Shown here one piece after another: positions 9,363 through 20,400 of a stretch of 64,000 nucleotides of DNA. The stretch lies in IMG/VR virus record IMGVR_UViG_3300034104_004859; one strand, given 5' to 3'. The position numbers and the translations under genes are program-made. Position 1 is the stretch's first letter, and every line of letters begins with the position of its first letter. Under the pieces are notes generated by a model that saw only the letters and a list, made by a program, of their open reading frames with translations, was not told the origin of the DNA and did no database searches. Origin of the DNA: an uncultured virus (IMG/VR IMGVR_UViG_3300034104_004859). Its lineage: Duplodnaviria > Heunggongvirae > Uroviricota > Caudoviricetes.

Positions 9363-9768
9363 TGAAAATGCAGTAATCCCATCATATGCAAAAGATGGTG
9401 ATGCTGGTATGGATTTAGTAGCAACATCAATTATATCAGAAACCGATACTCAAATTACATATGGTATTGGTTTAGCTTTAGAAATTCCAAACGGCTTCGT
9501 AGGATTAATATTCCCTCGTTCATCGGTTAGAAAGACTAGATTGATGTTAAGTAATTGTGTAGGTGTAGTTGATAGCGGATATAGAGGAGAGTTACAAGCT
9601 ACATTTAATAAAGTTAATCAAAACTCAATTGCTGAGAATGATTATAAAGTAGGAGATAGAATTGCACAAATTATGATTATTCCACATCCGCCGATTGAGT
9701 TTAAAGAAGTAAATGATTTATCTGAAACTGAAAGAGGTGAAGGTGGATTTGGTTCAACTGGAAAATAA
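9337..9768 (+). CDS. dut: Trimeric dUTPase
   Basis: AGMDL, PRSS, GVVDSGYRGE, GDRIAQ, RGEGGFGSTG motifs. Confidence 0.97.
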   Translation: MKVRIKKLNENAVIPSYAKDGDAGMDLVATSIISETDTQITYGIGLALEIPNGFVGLIFPRSSVRKTRLMLSNCVGVVDSGYRGELQATFNKVNQNSIAENDYKVGDRIAQIMIIPHPPIEFKEVNDLSETERGEGGFGSTGK

Positions 9769-9778
9769 AAAATAAAAT

Positions 9779-10720
9779 ATGTTTATAGAACAAACGGAAG
9801 AAAAGGTAAATAATAATTTGTGGGTAGAGAAGTATCGCCCATCAAAGCTTGTTGATTATGTAGGTAACGAACATCTAAAATCAAAAGTAGAAGGTTACTT
9901 AGAAACAGGCGAAATTCCACATTTACTTTTGTACGGAAAAGCCGGTACTGGTAAAACTACATTAGCAAAGCTAATTGTAAAATCAATTGAATGTGATTAT
10001 ATGATTATCAACGCATCTTCGGAGAACAATGTGGATACGGTAAGAAATAAAGTAACTAACTTTGCATCTTCAATGGGATTCAAGCCATTTAAGATTATCA
10101 TTTTGGATGAGTTTGATTATATGACTCATAACGCACAAGCTATCCTAAGAAACTTAATGGAAACATTTTCAGCACATTGCCGTTTCATATTAACTTGTAA
10201 CTATGTTGAGAAAGTAATTGACCCAATTCAAAGTAGATGTCAATCATTTCAAATTGTACCTCCAACTAAAAAGGATGTTGCTATGCAAATTAGTAAAATC
10301 TTAAAGAATGAGGAAGTGGAATTTGAAGTTAAGGATTTAGTTCCAATTATTGACGCAGCTTATCCTGATATTCGTAAGGTTATTAATACTTGCCAATTGA
10401 ACTCAATCAAAGGTAAGTTAAAAGTAGATGTACAAAATCTATTAGAGAATGATTATAGAAATAAAATTATTGACATCCTATCTTCAAAAGATGATAAGAG
10501 AAACAAATATATGAAAGTAAGACAGGCTCTTATTGATTCTAAAGTTACGGACTTTACTGATTTATATACAATGTTATATGATAAGGTAGATGAGTATGGT
10601 GGAGAAAACACAGCTAATATCATTCTTTTATTAGGAGATGGTGTAAGTAAATCAGCAGTAGCAATTGATAAAGAAATTATTGCAGCTGCAACATTAATTC
10701 AAATTTTAAATATTATATAA
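9779..10720 (+). CDS. Clamp loader AAA+ subunit (RFC-small/gp44-like)
   Basis: WVEKYRP, GKAGTGKTT, ILDEFD, SRC motifs. Confidence 0.93.
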   Translation: MFIEQTEEKVNNNLWVEKYRPSKLVDYVGNEHLKSKVEGYLETGEIPHLLLYGKAGTGKTTLAKLIVKSIECDYMIINASSENNVDTVRNKVTNFASSMGFKPFKIIILDEFDYMTHNAQAILRNLMETFSAHCRFILTCNYVEKVIDPIQSRCQSFQIVPPTKKDVAMQISKILKNEEVEFEVKDLVPIIDAAYPDIRKVINTCQLNSIKGKLKVDVQNLLENDYRNKIIDILSSKDDKRNKYMKVRQALIDSKVTDFTDLYTMLYDKVDEYGGENTANIILLLGDGVSKSAVAIDKEIIAAATLIQILNII

Positions 10721-10986
10721 TGGCAAACATTTTAGGAGCAGGTGGACAACCAATAGGAGGACAAGAAGAGAAACCAATTTCATTAGAGAAAACCGAAGCA
10801 ATTGCATGTAAGAAGTGTGGTGGTGAGGTTTTTGTACAAGGGTTTGGATTTCGTAAGATTTCAAAGTTATTAACTGGTAAACCAAAAGATGAAGTACTGC
10901 CGGTTGAACTATTTCTTTGTGGAGATTGTGGTGAAGTATTAAATGATTTATTACCTCCGGGTTTAAAAGTAGAAGAAGAAGCATAA
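10720..10986 (+). CDS. Small zinc-ribbon protein
   Basis: CKKC...CGDC. Confidence 0.7.
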   Translation: MANILGAGGQPIGGQEEKPISLEKTEAIACKKCGGEVFVQGFGFRKISKLLTGKPKDEVLPVELFLCGDCGEVLNDLLPPGLKVEEEA

Positions 10987-10987
10987 T

Positions 10988-11437
10988 ATGGCTAAAACAT
11001 TATTCGACCATCTAAACGCAATTACGGATAAGAAAGACCCAAAGTATTGGGACACACTTGATGAAAGTGATAAAAAGACATGGAGTAACTATATGATACT
11101 CCGTTTTCTTTCTATGAAAACTGAATGGGTAGAACTAATTGCAGATATACAACCTTACATTCAGGAGGCACCGCCTAAAGCGATGTACTTATGTTTGATA
11201 GGATTGATTCCAAAGACAAGAGCATTTCTAAAATATATGAAACCAGCTTCATCTGAAAAGTATGAAGATTGGATTGTTAAATTAGTTGCACAATTCTATG
11301 AGGTATCAGAAACCGAATCAGAAGAATATCTTAAAATCCTTTATGAAACTACAAGCGGTAAAATGCACATAAAGGAAATCGCAGAGAATTATGGTACTGA
11401 CCCAAAGCAAATTACTAAATTAAAACTCAAAGTTTAA
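10988..11437 (+). CDS. Clamp loader small subunit (gp62-like)
   Basis: LFDHLNAI...YMILRFLSM...FLKY; adjacent to the gp44-like gene. Confidence 0.7.
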   Translation: MAKTLFDHLNAITDKKDPKYWDTLDESDKKTWSNYMILRFLSMKTEWVELIADIQPYIQEAPPKAMYLCLIGLIPKTRAFLKYMKPASSEKYEDWIVKLVAQFYEVSETESEEYLKILYETTSGKMHIKEIAENYGTDPKQITKLKLKV

Positions 11438-11469
11438 TTTGGTTTATTGGGATAATTTTCGTATCTTTA
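11438..11469 (+). promoter_or_regulatory. Bacteroidota-type -33/-7 promoter
   Basis: TTTGG (11438-11442), N20, TATCTTTA (11462-11469). Confidence 0.7.
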
Positions 11470-11483
11470 CATAAATAAACATA

Positions 11484-12356
11484 ATGGCAAAAGTATCATT
11501 TTCGCAGTACTCAATGTGGAGTAGCTGCCCGCATCAATATAAGTTAAATTACATAGATAAGTTAGGTGAGAGTTCATCTAATATACATACAATATTTGGA
11601 ACTGCTATGCACGAAACAATTCAACATTACCTTTCGGTTATGTATGGTGTTTCCAAAAAGCAAGCAGATGAAATCAACAAAGATAAGCTCTTATTAGAAA
11701 GAATGAGAGAAGCTTACAAAACCGAAGCTGAAAAGATGAGTGAAGGAACTCCTTGTACTCAAATTGAATTAGAAGAATTTTATGGTGATGGTAGAAGAAT
11801 CTTAGCATGGTTGGATAAGCACATGCACAAATTTTATTCAAAGAGTGGATATGAATTAGTAGGCATTGAAATTCCTTTGAACGCAACTATTAAAACAGGC
11901 GTACACTTTATTGGATTCATAGATATCGTATTAAGGGATGTGGCTGAGAATTCAATTATTATCATTGACCTTAAAACATCTACAATGGGATGGAATCAGT
12001 ATCAAAAAGCTGATAAGATGAAGAACTCTCAAATTCTTTTATATAAGAAATATTATTCGGAATTATTTAATATCCCATTACAAAAGATTAAAGTGGAGTA
12101 TCAAATACTTCGTAGGAAGTTACCCGAAGATTCTGCATTCCCAATTCCACATGTATCAAAGCACATCCCAGCACATGGTTCACCATCGGTTACTAAAGTA
12201 TATGATGAGTTTATGGCATTCATCAATGCAGTTTTTGATGATGAGGGTAAGTTTAGAGATATAGAATTTCCTAAAGTGCCGGGTCCGGCTAAAAAGAATT
12301 GTAAGTTTTGTGAGTTTGGAAATAGAGGAATATGTGATAAAAAGGCTACAAAATAA
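11484..12356 (+). CDS. PD-(D/E)XK nuclease, Cas4/AddB-like with probable Fe-S cluster
   Basis: SFS...CP, FGTAMH, GFIDIV, IDLKT, QILLY, C-terminal CKFC...C. Confidence 0.85.
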   Translation: MAKVSFSQYSMWSSCPHQYKLNYIDKLGESSSNIHTIFGTAMHETIQHYLSVMYGVSKKQADEINKDKLLLERMREAYKTEAEKMSEGTPCTQIELEEFYGDGRRILAWLDKHMHKFYSKSGYELVGIEIPLNATIKTGVHFIGFIDIVLRDVAENSIIIIDLKTSTMGWNQYQKADKMKNSQILLYKKYYSELFNIPLQKIKVEYQILRRKLPEDSAFPIPHVSKHIPAHGSPSVTKVYDEFMAFINAVFDDEGKFRDIEFPKVPGPAKKNCKFCEFGNRGICDKKATK

Positions 12357-12380
12357 ATTTTATGTTTTTTTAAATTCATT

Positions 12381-12389
12381 ATACTTATA
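12381..12389 (+). promoter_or_regulatory. ATAYTTATA motif (putative second promoter class)
   Basis: ATACTTATA in the intergenic gap; recurs before several other operons. Confidence 0.45.
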
Positions 12390-12404
12390 TATATAAATAT
12401 ATTA

Positions 12405-12608
12405 ATGATGAATCAAGAAAACACAAAACTGACAACAGTGAAAATACTAAAAGATGTATATTCAAGTTTCAAAAAAGTTTCTTTTACATCGGATGTTACA
12501 CTTCAAAAGCTGGTAAATAGAACAGTAGAAAGGTATGTTACCGATATAGAATTTAGAGAAGAAATGAACGAATACTTAAAATTACAAATTTCAGGTTCAC
12601 AATTTTAA
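12405..12608 (+). CDS. Small ribbon-helix-helix-like DNA-binding protein
   Basis: KLTTVKI beta-strand pattern followed by two predicted helices. Confidence 0.55.
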   Translation: MMNQENTKLTTVKILKDVYSSFKKVSFTSDVTLQKLVNRTVERYVTDIEFREEMNEYLKLQISGSQF

Positions 12609-12623
12609 CAACACAAATAAGTT

Positions 12624-14006
12624 ATGGCAAAAAAGAAGATTCTGTTACTTTCAGATGATTTAAGAATGGCAAGTGGTATCGCCACAATGTCAAAAGAATT
12701 GGTGCTAGGTACGGCACATAAATACGATTGGTTTCAAGTAGGAGCCGCAATTAATCACCCTGAAGCTGGAAAAGTTTTAGATGTTAGCCAAGATATCCAA
12801 GAAAGATATGGTATCGCCGATGCTAATGTAAAGATTTTACCTTGGAATGGTTATGGTAACGCTGATTTGATTAGACAATTAATCAATGCAGAAAAGCCTG
12901 ATGCAATTGTACACTTTACTGACCCTCGTTATTGGACATGGTTGTATGATATTGAACATGAAATCAGACAGAATGTTCCACTTTTATTTTACGCAATTTG
13001 GGATGATTTACCAGACCCATTATATAATCGTAACTTCTATGAAAGTTGTGATTGGATTGGTTGTATCTCTAGACAAACATATGGTATCATTAAAAGATTA
13101 TCAGCTTTAGATACAAAACCAACTTGGAAAACAAAGGCAGATTGGCAAGTAGATTATGTACCACACGGTATTAATACTGATATCTATAAACCAGCTGATG
13201 TTTCAACTGAATTCCGTAAACAAATTTTAGGAGATAAAGAATATGATTTCGTATTATATTGGAGTAATAGAAACATTAGAAGGAAACAACCAGCTGATGT
13301 TATCGTAGCATTTAAAAAGTTTTGTGATAAGATTGGTAAAGAAAAAGCAGATAAATGTGTATTATTAATGCACACACAACCTGTTGATGAAAATGGAACT
13401 GATTTACCGGCAGTAATTGATGCAGTTGCTCCGGATGTTAATATTATATTCTCAGATGTAAGAAGACCGGTTGAAGAATTAAATCTTATTTATAACATAG
13501 CAGATGTAACAATCAACATAGCAAACAACGAAGGATTTGGATTAGCAACGGCAGAATCAGTAATGACAGGAACTCCTATTATTGTAAACGTAACTGGTGG
13601 ATTGCAAGACCAATGTGGATTTGAAGTTGATGGTAAGTTATTAACGCACGAAGATTACATTAAGATTGGTTCTTTACATGAGTGGAGAAAATGGGAACAA
13701 AAAGCTAAACCTGGTCCTTGGGTTAGACCTGTATGGAGTAGAGCATTAGCATTAGCAGGCTCAGTTCCGACACCTTACATTTGGGATGATAGAGTTGATG
13801 TAGAGGAAGTTGCTGAAGCAATTGAGGAAATGTACAACACACCAAAAGAAGTCCGTAAAGCAAATGGATTGATAGGTAGAGAGGCATTTATAGGAGAGAT
13901 GGGATTAACACATACAAATATGTGTCAGCAATTAATAAATGGAATTGAATCAACATTTGAAAATTGGAAACCAAGAGAAAGATTCGAAGTATTTAAAATT
14001 AAATAA
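12624..14006 (+). CDS. GT4-like glycosyltransferase
   Basis: SGIA, VPHGI, NRNIRRKQ, NEGFGLATAES..TGTPII, TGGL. Confidence 0.85.
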   Translation: MAKKKILLLSDDLRMASGIATMSKELVLGTAHKYDWFQVGAAINHPEAGKVLDVSQDIQERYGIADANVKILPWNGYGNADLIRQLINAEKPDAIVHFTDPRYWTWLYDIEHEIRQNVPLLFYAIWDDLPDPLYNRNFYESCDWIGCISRQTYGIIKRLSALDTKPTWKTKADWQVDYVPHGINTDIYKPADVSTEFRKQILGDKEYDFVLYWSNRNIRRKQPADVIVAFKKFCDKIGKEKADKCVLLMHTQPVDENGTDLPAVIDAVAPDVNIIFSDVRRPVEELNLIYNIADVTINIANNEGFGLATAESVMTGTPIIVNVTGGLQDQCGFEVDGKLLTHEDYIKIGSLHEWRKWEQKAKPGPWVRPVWSRALALAGSVPTPYIWDDRVDVEEVAEAIEEMYNTPKEVRKANGLIGREAFIGEMGLTHTNMCQQLINGIESTFENWKPRERFEVFKIK

Positions 14007-14015
14007 GTTATAAAA

Positions 14016-15305
14016 ATGAAACCAACATTAGTATTTCAAGGACCTATATTTACACGTAGTGGTTATGGAGACCATTGTAGAGATTTAATGAAATCTTTAC
14101 GAAAAATGGATAAGTACGATATCAAAATTATCCCACTTCGTTGGGGAAACACTCCACAAAATCAAGTTGATGGTGAAAGTGATTTTGGTAGATGGATGTT
14201 AGAAAGAGTTATACCTCAATTAAACTTTAAACCTGATGTATTTATGCAGGTTTCTGTAGCAAATGAATTTGAACCAAAGGGCGAATACAATATTGGTGTT
14301 ACCGCTGGTGTTGAAACTACAATTGCGCCTAAAGATTTTATAGATGGTTGTAATAAAATGGATTTAATTATCGTTCCATCTAATTTTACAAAACAAAATA
14401 TTGGTGGTACGGTATATCAACAACAAGACCAAGCATCAGGACAAATAGTTGGAGAACTTAGAGTTACAAAACCTATTCATGTTCTTTTTGAAGGAGTTGA
14501 TACTGAAATATTCTCTAAAGGTAGTAATAAGGATGTATTGGCAAATGTAAAAGAAGATTTTAATTTCTTAATTGTAGGACATTGGTTGAAAGGAGATTTA
14601 GGGCAGGATAGGAAGGATATTGGTATGGCAATCAAAACATTAGCAACGGTATTCCAATATTTACCCGCCGATAAAAAGCCTGGTATAATTGTTAAAACAT
14701 CTCATGCTGGGTTTAGTGTAATTGATAGAGAAGGAACTAGAGAAAAAATTGAAAATGTATTAAAACCATTTGGTGATAAATGCCCATCTATATATTTGAT
14801 ACATGGTGATATGGAAGAAACTGATATGAGTAACTTATACCACCATCCTAAAGTTAAAGCAATGGTATCATTTGCTAAAGGCGAAGGGTATGGTAGACCT
14901 ATGGCTGAGTTTACTTTGACAGGTAAACCAATTATAGCTAGTGGTTGGAGTGGACATATGGATTTCTTACCACCAGAGCATGCAGTATTATTAGAGGGTT
15001 CTTTATCGGCAGTACATGAATCGGCATCTGACCAATTCATTATGAAAGAGGCTCAATGGTTTACTGTAAATTATTCAAATGCAGCTAATAAATTATATGA
15101 TGTTTACAAAAACTATGATATTTATTTAAAACAATCCGAAGGATTGAAAGAAAATACAAAATCTAAATTTACATTAGATAAAATGCATGATAAGTTTTCG
15201 GAAATATTAGAATCAAATATCAAGTCTAAACCTAAACTTGTTCCATTTAATGTTCCTAAATTAAATAGTTCTAAAATGCAAATACCAAAACTTAATAAAA
15301 TATAA
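14016..15305 (+). CDS. GT4-like glycosyltransferase
   Basis: SGYG, DRKDIG, KGEGYGRPMAEF...GKPIIASGWSGHMDF. Confidence 0.85.
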   Translation: MKPTLVFQGPIFTRSGYGDHCRDLMKSLRKMDKYDIKIIPLRWGNTPQNQVDGESDFGRWMLERVIPQLNFKPDVFMQVSVANEFEPKGEYNIGVTAGVETTIAPKDFIDGCNKMDLIIVPSNFTKQNIGGTVYQQQDQASGQIVGELRVTKPIHVLFEGVDTEIFSKGSNKDVLANVKEDFNFLIVGHWLKGDLGQDRKDIGMAIKTLATVFQYLPADKKPGIIVKTSHAGFSVIDREGTREKIENVLKPFGDKCPSIYLIHGDMEETDMSNLYHHPKVKAMVSFAKGEGYGRPMAEFTLTGKPIIASGWSGHMDFLPPEHAVLLEGSLSAVHESASDQFIMKEAQWFTVNYSNAANKLYDVYKNYDIYLKQSEGLKENTKSKFTLDKMHDKFSEILESNIKSKPKLVPFNVPKLNSSKMQIPKLNKI

Positions 15306-15772
15306 TGCCATACGTTTTACAATATAAAAATCTTATACAAAAAGAAGATAAAGTCAGTAAAACTTTGATAAAGCCGGGAAATATTTATAAAATAATGGCT
15401 TACGAATATGCGGATGGTGTTAAAAAAACATTGTCTGGTGCTAATACATCTTTAGTTTTTGTAATTGGTATTTTTGAAAAACAAATATTTTGCTTAAAAA
15501 TTAGTGAAATGAAACCTGAAAAGTTCTTTAAATGGTTAAAAAAAGTTTTTCTAAAAAATCTAAATGATGAACAATTTGATGAAGCTCAGCATTTAAAAGA
15601 GTTGCTTGTAAAGGTGGATAGATCTGGAAAGCAATTGTATTCATCATTTGTAAAACCATCCACAATAGCTAGAGGTCCTATTAATCCGTATAGAACTTAT
15701 AATTTAAGTGGAATATCTATTGTTACGGAGGTTACTATAAAAAAGGAAATACTTAAGCAGTATTACAAATAG
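15305..15772 (+). CDS. Hypothetical protein (weakly reminiscent of gp2-like DNA end protector)
   Basis: PGNIY..Y...LVFVIG...YRTY pattern; low certainty for the family. Confidence 0.5.
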   Translation: MPYVLQYKNLIQKEDKVSKTLIKPGNIYKIMAYEYADGVKKTLSGANTSLVFVIGIFEKQIFCLKISEMKPEKFFKWLKKVFLKNLNDEQFDEAQHLKELLVKVDRSGKQLYSSFVKPSTIARGPINPYRTYNLSGISIVTEVTIKKEILKQYYK

Positions 15773-15836
15773 TTTATTTTCCCAGTCGGTTATATTTACT
15801 GTTACAACATTACAATTATAATAGTAAATAAAGGAT

Positions 15837-17900
15837 ATGGCATTATCATTAACTAAAAGATTAAGTAAAGGCTCTCCACTTACTGCCGCTGAAATGGATG
15901 GCAATTTAGATTTTTTACAATCTCAAATTGGAGCTGGTACATCTGGTACTTCCGGAACATCTGGTACAAGTGGAGTAAGTGGAGCACAAGGAACAACAGG
16001 TAGTGGTGGTACTTCTGGTACTTCTGGAACATCCGGTATTAAAGGTGATTTATTCACATCAACATCTACAAATACTTTAAATTTAGATACTTTAACAACA
16101 AGTGATAGTATTTCAATAACAATTGGATTAGGATTATCTTGGACAGTGGGTCAGCAAATGATTGTAGCAAATACAGTTACAAATAAAATGACAGTAACTG
16201 TAACTTCTTATAATAGTAGTAATGGCCTCCTAGCGGCAGATATAGATTCAATAAGTGGAAGTGGTTCTCCTTCTACTTGGGCAATAAACACAGTTGGTGC
16301 AGTTGGACAAGCTGGTTCATCTGGAACTTCTGGAACATCCGGAACGTCTGGTACATCTGGAACATCTGGAACTTCTGGAACATCTGGTACAAGTGGTACA
16401 AGTGGTACATCTGGCACATCTGGTATATCAGGATCTAGTGGTACATCTGGAACTAGCGGTACATCTGGTACTTCGGGAACATCTGGGACATCTGGTTCAT
16501 CGGGAACCTCCGGAGTAAATGGGTTGGATGGTACTTTACTTGGTTCTTCTGGAACAAGCGGTACATCCGGAACGTCTGGTATAAATGGTGAGGCTGGCAG
16601 TAGTGGTACATCTGGTACATCCGGTACATCTGGAACAAGCGGTACATCCGGAACATCTGGTATAAATGGTGTGGCGGGTAGTAGTGGTACATCAGGTACC
16701 TCTGGAACTTCTGGTACATCTGGGACAACTTTTAATTTAAGTGGAACAACCGATAATGGTGTTATTACATCAAACAATGGTACAGCTGGTACTGTAGAAT
16801 CTAATTTATTATTTGATGGAACTCTATTAACAATTAGAGGAAATCTTTCAGCATCTGGAGCATTTACATCATCGTTAAGACAAGGATATGTTTTAGTTGG
16901 TGGGGCTGGTAATGTAACTACGTTAGTAGCAACATCATCGTTTGGTGCTGCTGGTACTGCTACAACGGATGGTATATTTAGAACAACTGGTTCAATCGTA
17001 GCAACTACAAATAATATACAAATTACAGGTTCGTTGGATATATTAGGACCTGTTACCGCATCATTAAGAACTGGATATGTTTGGGTTGGTCATAATAGTA
17101 GAAGTACAAGACAAGTAGCAACATCATCATTTGGTTCAACTTTGACTGTAGAGGATGGTAACCCTACGATAGTACCTAGTGTAACTAAAATAGTATTTAG
17201 TGGTGCATCCATTACAGATAATGGAAGCGGACAAGTTACAGTTGCAATAACTGGAGGTGGGGGTGGTGGTTCAAATGGTACATCTGGTACATCTGGAACA
17301 TCTGGTGTGAATGGTACATCTGGAGTGAATGGAACATCTGGCGCTAATGGAAAGGATGGTACTGGTGGTACATCGGGAACATCTGGTATAAGTGGTGGTG
17401 GTGGAACTGGTGGTTCTTCTGGAACTTCTGGTACTTCTGGTACTTCTGGTATAAACGGAGTTGGAACTGCTGGTACTTCTGGTACTTCTGGTGTAAATGG
17501 TATAAATGGTGCTGCTGGAATAGCCGGAGATCCTGGTACATCCGGAACTAATGGTACATCTGGTACATCTGGTATAAGCGGTGGAGCATCCACTGGTGGT
17601 ACTTCTGGTACTTCTGGAACATCTGGAAATCTAATTTTAAGTGGTACAACAAACGATGGTATATTAACCTATGATGCAGCTCTTGTTCAAGGAGTAGTTG
17701 AATCGGATTTTACATTCAATTCAGGCGGTAAACTTTTAACTGTAAGTGGTTCTATATTAACTTATACATCTATTACATTAAGGCCGGTTGATACCCTACC
17801 TGCAGGCGGAGTTGGAAAATTAGCATCATATGCACCAATATCACCAACATCGGCATCTTTATATTTCCATAATGGTTCAGATTGGGTTAAAGTACTTTAA
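15837..17900 (+). CDS. Collagen-like (Gly-Thr-Ser)n fibre/virion protein
   Basis: N-terminal R..KGSPLT..EMD.N attachment-type motif; three long G-X-Y blocks dominated by GTS. Confidence 0.75.
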   Translation: MALSLTKRLSKGSPLTAAEMDGNLDFLQSQIGAGTSGTSGTSGTSGVSGAQGTTGSGGTSGTSGTSGIKGDLFTSTSTNTLNLDTLTTSDSISITIGLGLSWTVGQQMIVANTVTNKMTVTVTSYNSSNGLLAADIDSISGSGSPSTWAINTVGAVGQAGSSGTSGTSGTSGTSGTSGTSGTSGTSGTSGTSGTSGISGSSGTSGTSGTSGTSGTSGTSGSSGTSGVNGLDGTLLGSSGTSGTSGTSGINGEAGSSGTSGTSGTSGTSGTSGTSGINGVAGSSGTSGTSGTSGTSGTTFNLSGTTDNGVITSNNGTAGTVESNLLFDGTLLTIRGNLSASGAFTSSLRQGYVLVGGAGNVTTLVATSSFGAAGTATTDGIFRTTGSIVATTNNIQITGSLDILGPVTASLRTGYVWVGHNSRSTRQVATSSFGSTLTVEDGNPTIVPSVTKIVFSGASITDNGSGQVTVAITGGGGGGSNGTSGTSGTSGVNGTSGVNGTSGANGKDGTGGTSGTSGISGGGGTGGSSGTSGTSGTSGINGVGTAGTSGTSGVNGINGAAGIAGDPGTSGTNGTSGTSGISGGASTGGTSGTSGTSGNLILSGTTNDGILTYDAALVQGVVESDFTFNSGGKLLTVSGSILTYTSITLRPVDTLPAGGVGKLASYAPISPTSASLYFHNGSDWVKVL
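16314..16727 (+). repeat. 9-bp degenerate tandem repeat encoding (GTS)n; further blocks at about 15936-16037 and 17277-17627
   Basis: ggNacWtcN / ggtacaagt units. Confidence 0.9.
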
Positions 17901-17916
17901 AAAATAAATTAAAAAT

Positions 17917-17953
17917 AAAAATGGGTAATTCTAAAAAAGTTACCCATTTTTTT
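17917..17953 (+). terminator. Rho-independent terminator
   Basis: AAAAATGGGTAA...TTACCCATTTTTTT. Confidence 0.8.
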
Positions 17954-18008
17954 ATGCTTTACTTGAAAATTGTATATTTATATCTATATATACATATACA
18001 AAGATATA

Positions 18009-18040
18009 TTTGGAAAATATAATAAATTGTTGTATATTTG
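18009..18040 (+). promoter_or_regulatory. Bacteroidota-type -33/-7 promoter
   Basis: TTTGG (18009-18013), N20, TATATTTG (18033-18040). Confidence 0.7.
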
Positions 18041-18057
18041 TATTCAAATAAAATATT

Positions 18058-18693
18058 ATGGCAATAAATGTAACATATGCAATTACCGTTTGTAATGAGC
18101 ATGAAGAAATTATGAAATTGGTAAACTTCCTACACCCTAGAATTAAAAAAGATGATGAAATATTAATTCAATATGATGAAGATTCCGTAACACAACAAGT
18201 TAAAGATTATCTAAACGTCATACAACAAATACATTCATCTAATGTAAAAGTTATAGGATTTCCTTTAAATAATGATTTTGCTTCTTATAAAAATAATTTA
18301 AAAAATCATGCAAAAGGAATTTTTATTTTTCAAATAGATGCTGATGAAATTCCATCGGATTATATGGTAGAAAATCTTTCTGATTTTTTATTAGCAAATA
18401 ACGATGTGGATTTATTCTTTGTACCACGTATAAATACAGTAGAAGGACTTACCCAAGAACACATTAAAAAATGGGGTTGGCAAGTTAATGAACATGGCTG
18501 GGTAAATTTTCCTGATTATCAAACAAGATTATATAGAAGGACATCCGATATTGAATGGGAAGGTAAAGTACATGAAAGAATAAAAGGATATAACACTCTA
18601 TCGGTTTTACCAGCAGATGCAGATTATTGTTTAACTCATCATAAGCAAATTGAAAGACAAGAAAAACAAAACGCTTACTATGATACAATCTAA
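18058..18693 (+). CDS. GT2-like glycosyltransferase
   Basis: ITVCNE, IDADE (DxD), PDYQTRLY, W.GKVHE. Confidence 0.85.
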   Translation: MAINVTYAITVCNEHEEIMKLVNFLHPRIKKDDEILIQYDEDSVTQQVKDYLNVIQQIHSSNVKVIGFPLNNDFASYKNNLKNHAKGIFIFQIDADEIPSDYMVENLSDFLLANNDVDLFFVPRINTVEGLTQEHIKKWGWQVNEHGWVNFPDYQTRLYRRTSDIEWEGKVHERIKGYNTLSVLPADADYCLTHHKQIERQEKQNAYYDTI

Positions 18694-19681
18694 GATAGCT
18701 TTCCTTACTGAAATGGGATTTGTTGGCAAAATCCCAGCTAACCATCCAAATATGAGAACTGAATTTGCTTGGATGCATGCTTTAGATGCAGACCATTATA
18801 ATATTCATTTATTTGGTTCTGACAAGAATTTAATTAACTATGACCATGTCTTTGTTATATTTCCAAAAGGTAAACCATTTTTAAATTCAACTGCGGTAGA
18901 ATTGATAAAAGGTATTAATCCAATATCAGAATTACTTCAGCAAGATATTGTTGGTAGAATAAAAGAAAAAGGAAATACAAATGTACATTATGTGCAAGAA
19001 GGACCTCATTGGTTTCAAAATGATTATAGTGTAGAAGACCAAATTTACTTCTATAACTTCTTACAATCTTGTGATTCAATTTTTACACATAATGATTCAG
19101 ATGTGTATTACTATAAAGGATTATTTCCTAATAAAAAGGTAAGACCTATTGGTACACTAATGATTGATACATTGGTTAAAGATATAGTACCTACAAAAGA
19201 AGATAAAGCAATTATAGGTGGTAACTTTGCACGATGGTATGGTGGGTTTGAAAGTTATATGATAGCCGATAATTTTGGTGTTCCTATTTGGGCTCAAACA
19301 TCTCATGCTATGAGAGAAAATGAAGATATGGGTGGTTCATTGAATCACTTACCAAGAATGATGTGGAGTGAATGGATGGCAGTATTATCAACATTTAAAT
19401 ATGCAGTACATATGATGCCAACGGTAGCAGCTGGTACATTTGCTTTGAACTGTGCATACTTTGGAATTCCTTGTATTGGAAATCAAGATGTAGATACTCA
19501 ATTACTTTGTCACCCATCATTATCGGTAGCAGTAAATGATTTGGAAGGAGCACGAGAATTAGCAATAAGATTGAGAGATGATAAAGAGTTTTATAATCAA
19601 TGTTCGGAAATGGCAAAGAATAATTATGAAGCTTGTTTTTCAAAAGAACTTTGGTTAAGAAATATAAAAAGAAAATTATAA
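18680..19681 (+). CDS. GT-B glycosyltransferase
   Basis: AAGTFALNCAYFGIPCIG C-terminal GT-B region; ATG at 18680 preferred over the upstream TTG. Confidence 0.65.
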   Translation: MIQSKIAFLTEMGFVGKIPANHPNMRTEFAWMHALDADHYNIHLFGSDKNLINYDHVFVIFPKGKPFLNSTAVELIKGINPISELLQQDIVGRIKEKGNTNVHYVQEGPHWFQNDYSVEDQIYFYNFLQSCDSIFTHNDSDVYYYKGLFPNKKVRPIGTLMIDTLVKDIVPTKEDKAIIGGNFARWYGGFESYMIADNFGVPIWAQTSHAMRENEDMGGSLNHLPRMMWSEWMAVLSTFKYAVHMMPTVAAGTFALNCAYFGIPCIGNQDVDTQLLCHPSLSVAVNDLEGARELAIRLRDDKEFYNQCSEMAKNNYEACFSKELWLRNIKRKL

Positions 19682-19682
19682 T

Positions 19683-20399
19683 ATGGACTTTGAAATTAAA
19701 GGAACTAAGCTGGTAGAAATACCTTATTTAGAAAGAGAATTATCAGAACAAAAAGAATCTGATAAAGTATTGATTGTTGGTGAACGAATTGCAACGGAAG
19801 GTATATTGCAGGCTGTTTTAAAAAGACCATTTACATCTTGTCTATGTACGGATATCATGCCAATGGGACCGGGTTCTACATTAGAAAGAATAATAGATAC
19901 AGATAAAAGAGTTACGTTTGTTCAGCAAGATTTTATATTAGCTGAAGAAGAAACAAAATATGATTACATTATTTGTATAAATGTATTAGAACATTTTGGT
20001 ATGAATTTTGCTGAATTCTCTGGATTTGCTGGAGAATATGCTGGTGATGATTATATTAGATGGAATCACGATTTGAGAGCAATTGAAAAAATGATTACAT
20101 TATTAAAGAAAGATGGAAAAATAATTATTACAGTACCTGCTGGACAACCAATATTATCTGGAGATATTAATCCCGGAAATAAAATGCCATTCCTTCGTAG
20201 ATATGATGAAATGAGAATTAACTTAATTATGGATTTGGCAGGTAAAAATGGAATGAAAATTGAAAATACATTTTTCTATTCAGAAAACTTTAATGATTGG
20301 TTTGAAAGCGATATGACAATAACATCTCCACAATATTCACAGGCAAACAATCCATATACACCAAATATGATTTGGGCATTTACAATGAAACACAAATAA
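19683..20399 (+). CDS. SAM-dependent methyltransferase (DUF268-like)
   Basis: YDYIICINVLEHFG, DLRAIEKM..LLKKDG.IIITVP. Confidence 0.7.
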   Translation: MDFEIKGTKLVEIPYLERELSEQKESDKVLIVGERIATEGILQAVLKRPFTSCLCTDIMPMGPGSTLERIIDTDKRVTFVQQDFILAEEETKYDYIICINVLEHFGMNFAEFSGFAGEYAGDDYIRWNHDLRAIEKMITLLKKDGKIIITVPAGQPILSGDINPGNKMPFLRRYDEMRINLIMDLAGKNGMKIENTFFYSENFNDWFESDMTITSPQYSQANNPYTPNMIWAFTMKHK

Positions 20400-20400
20400 G

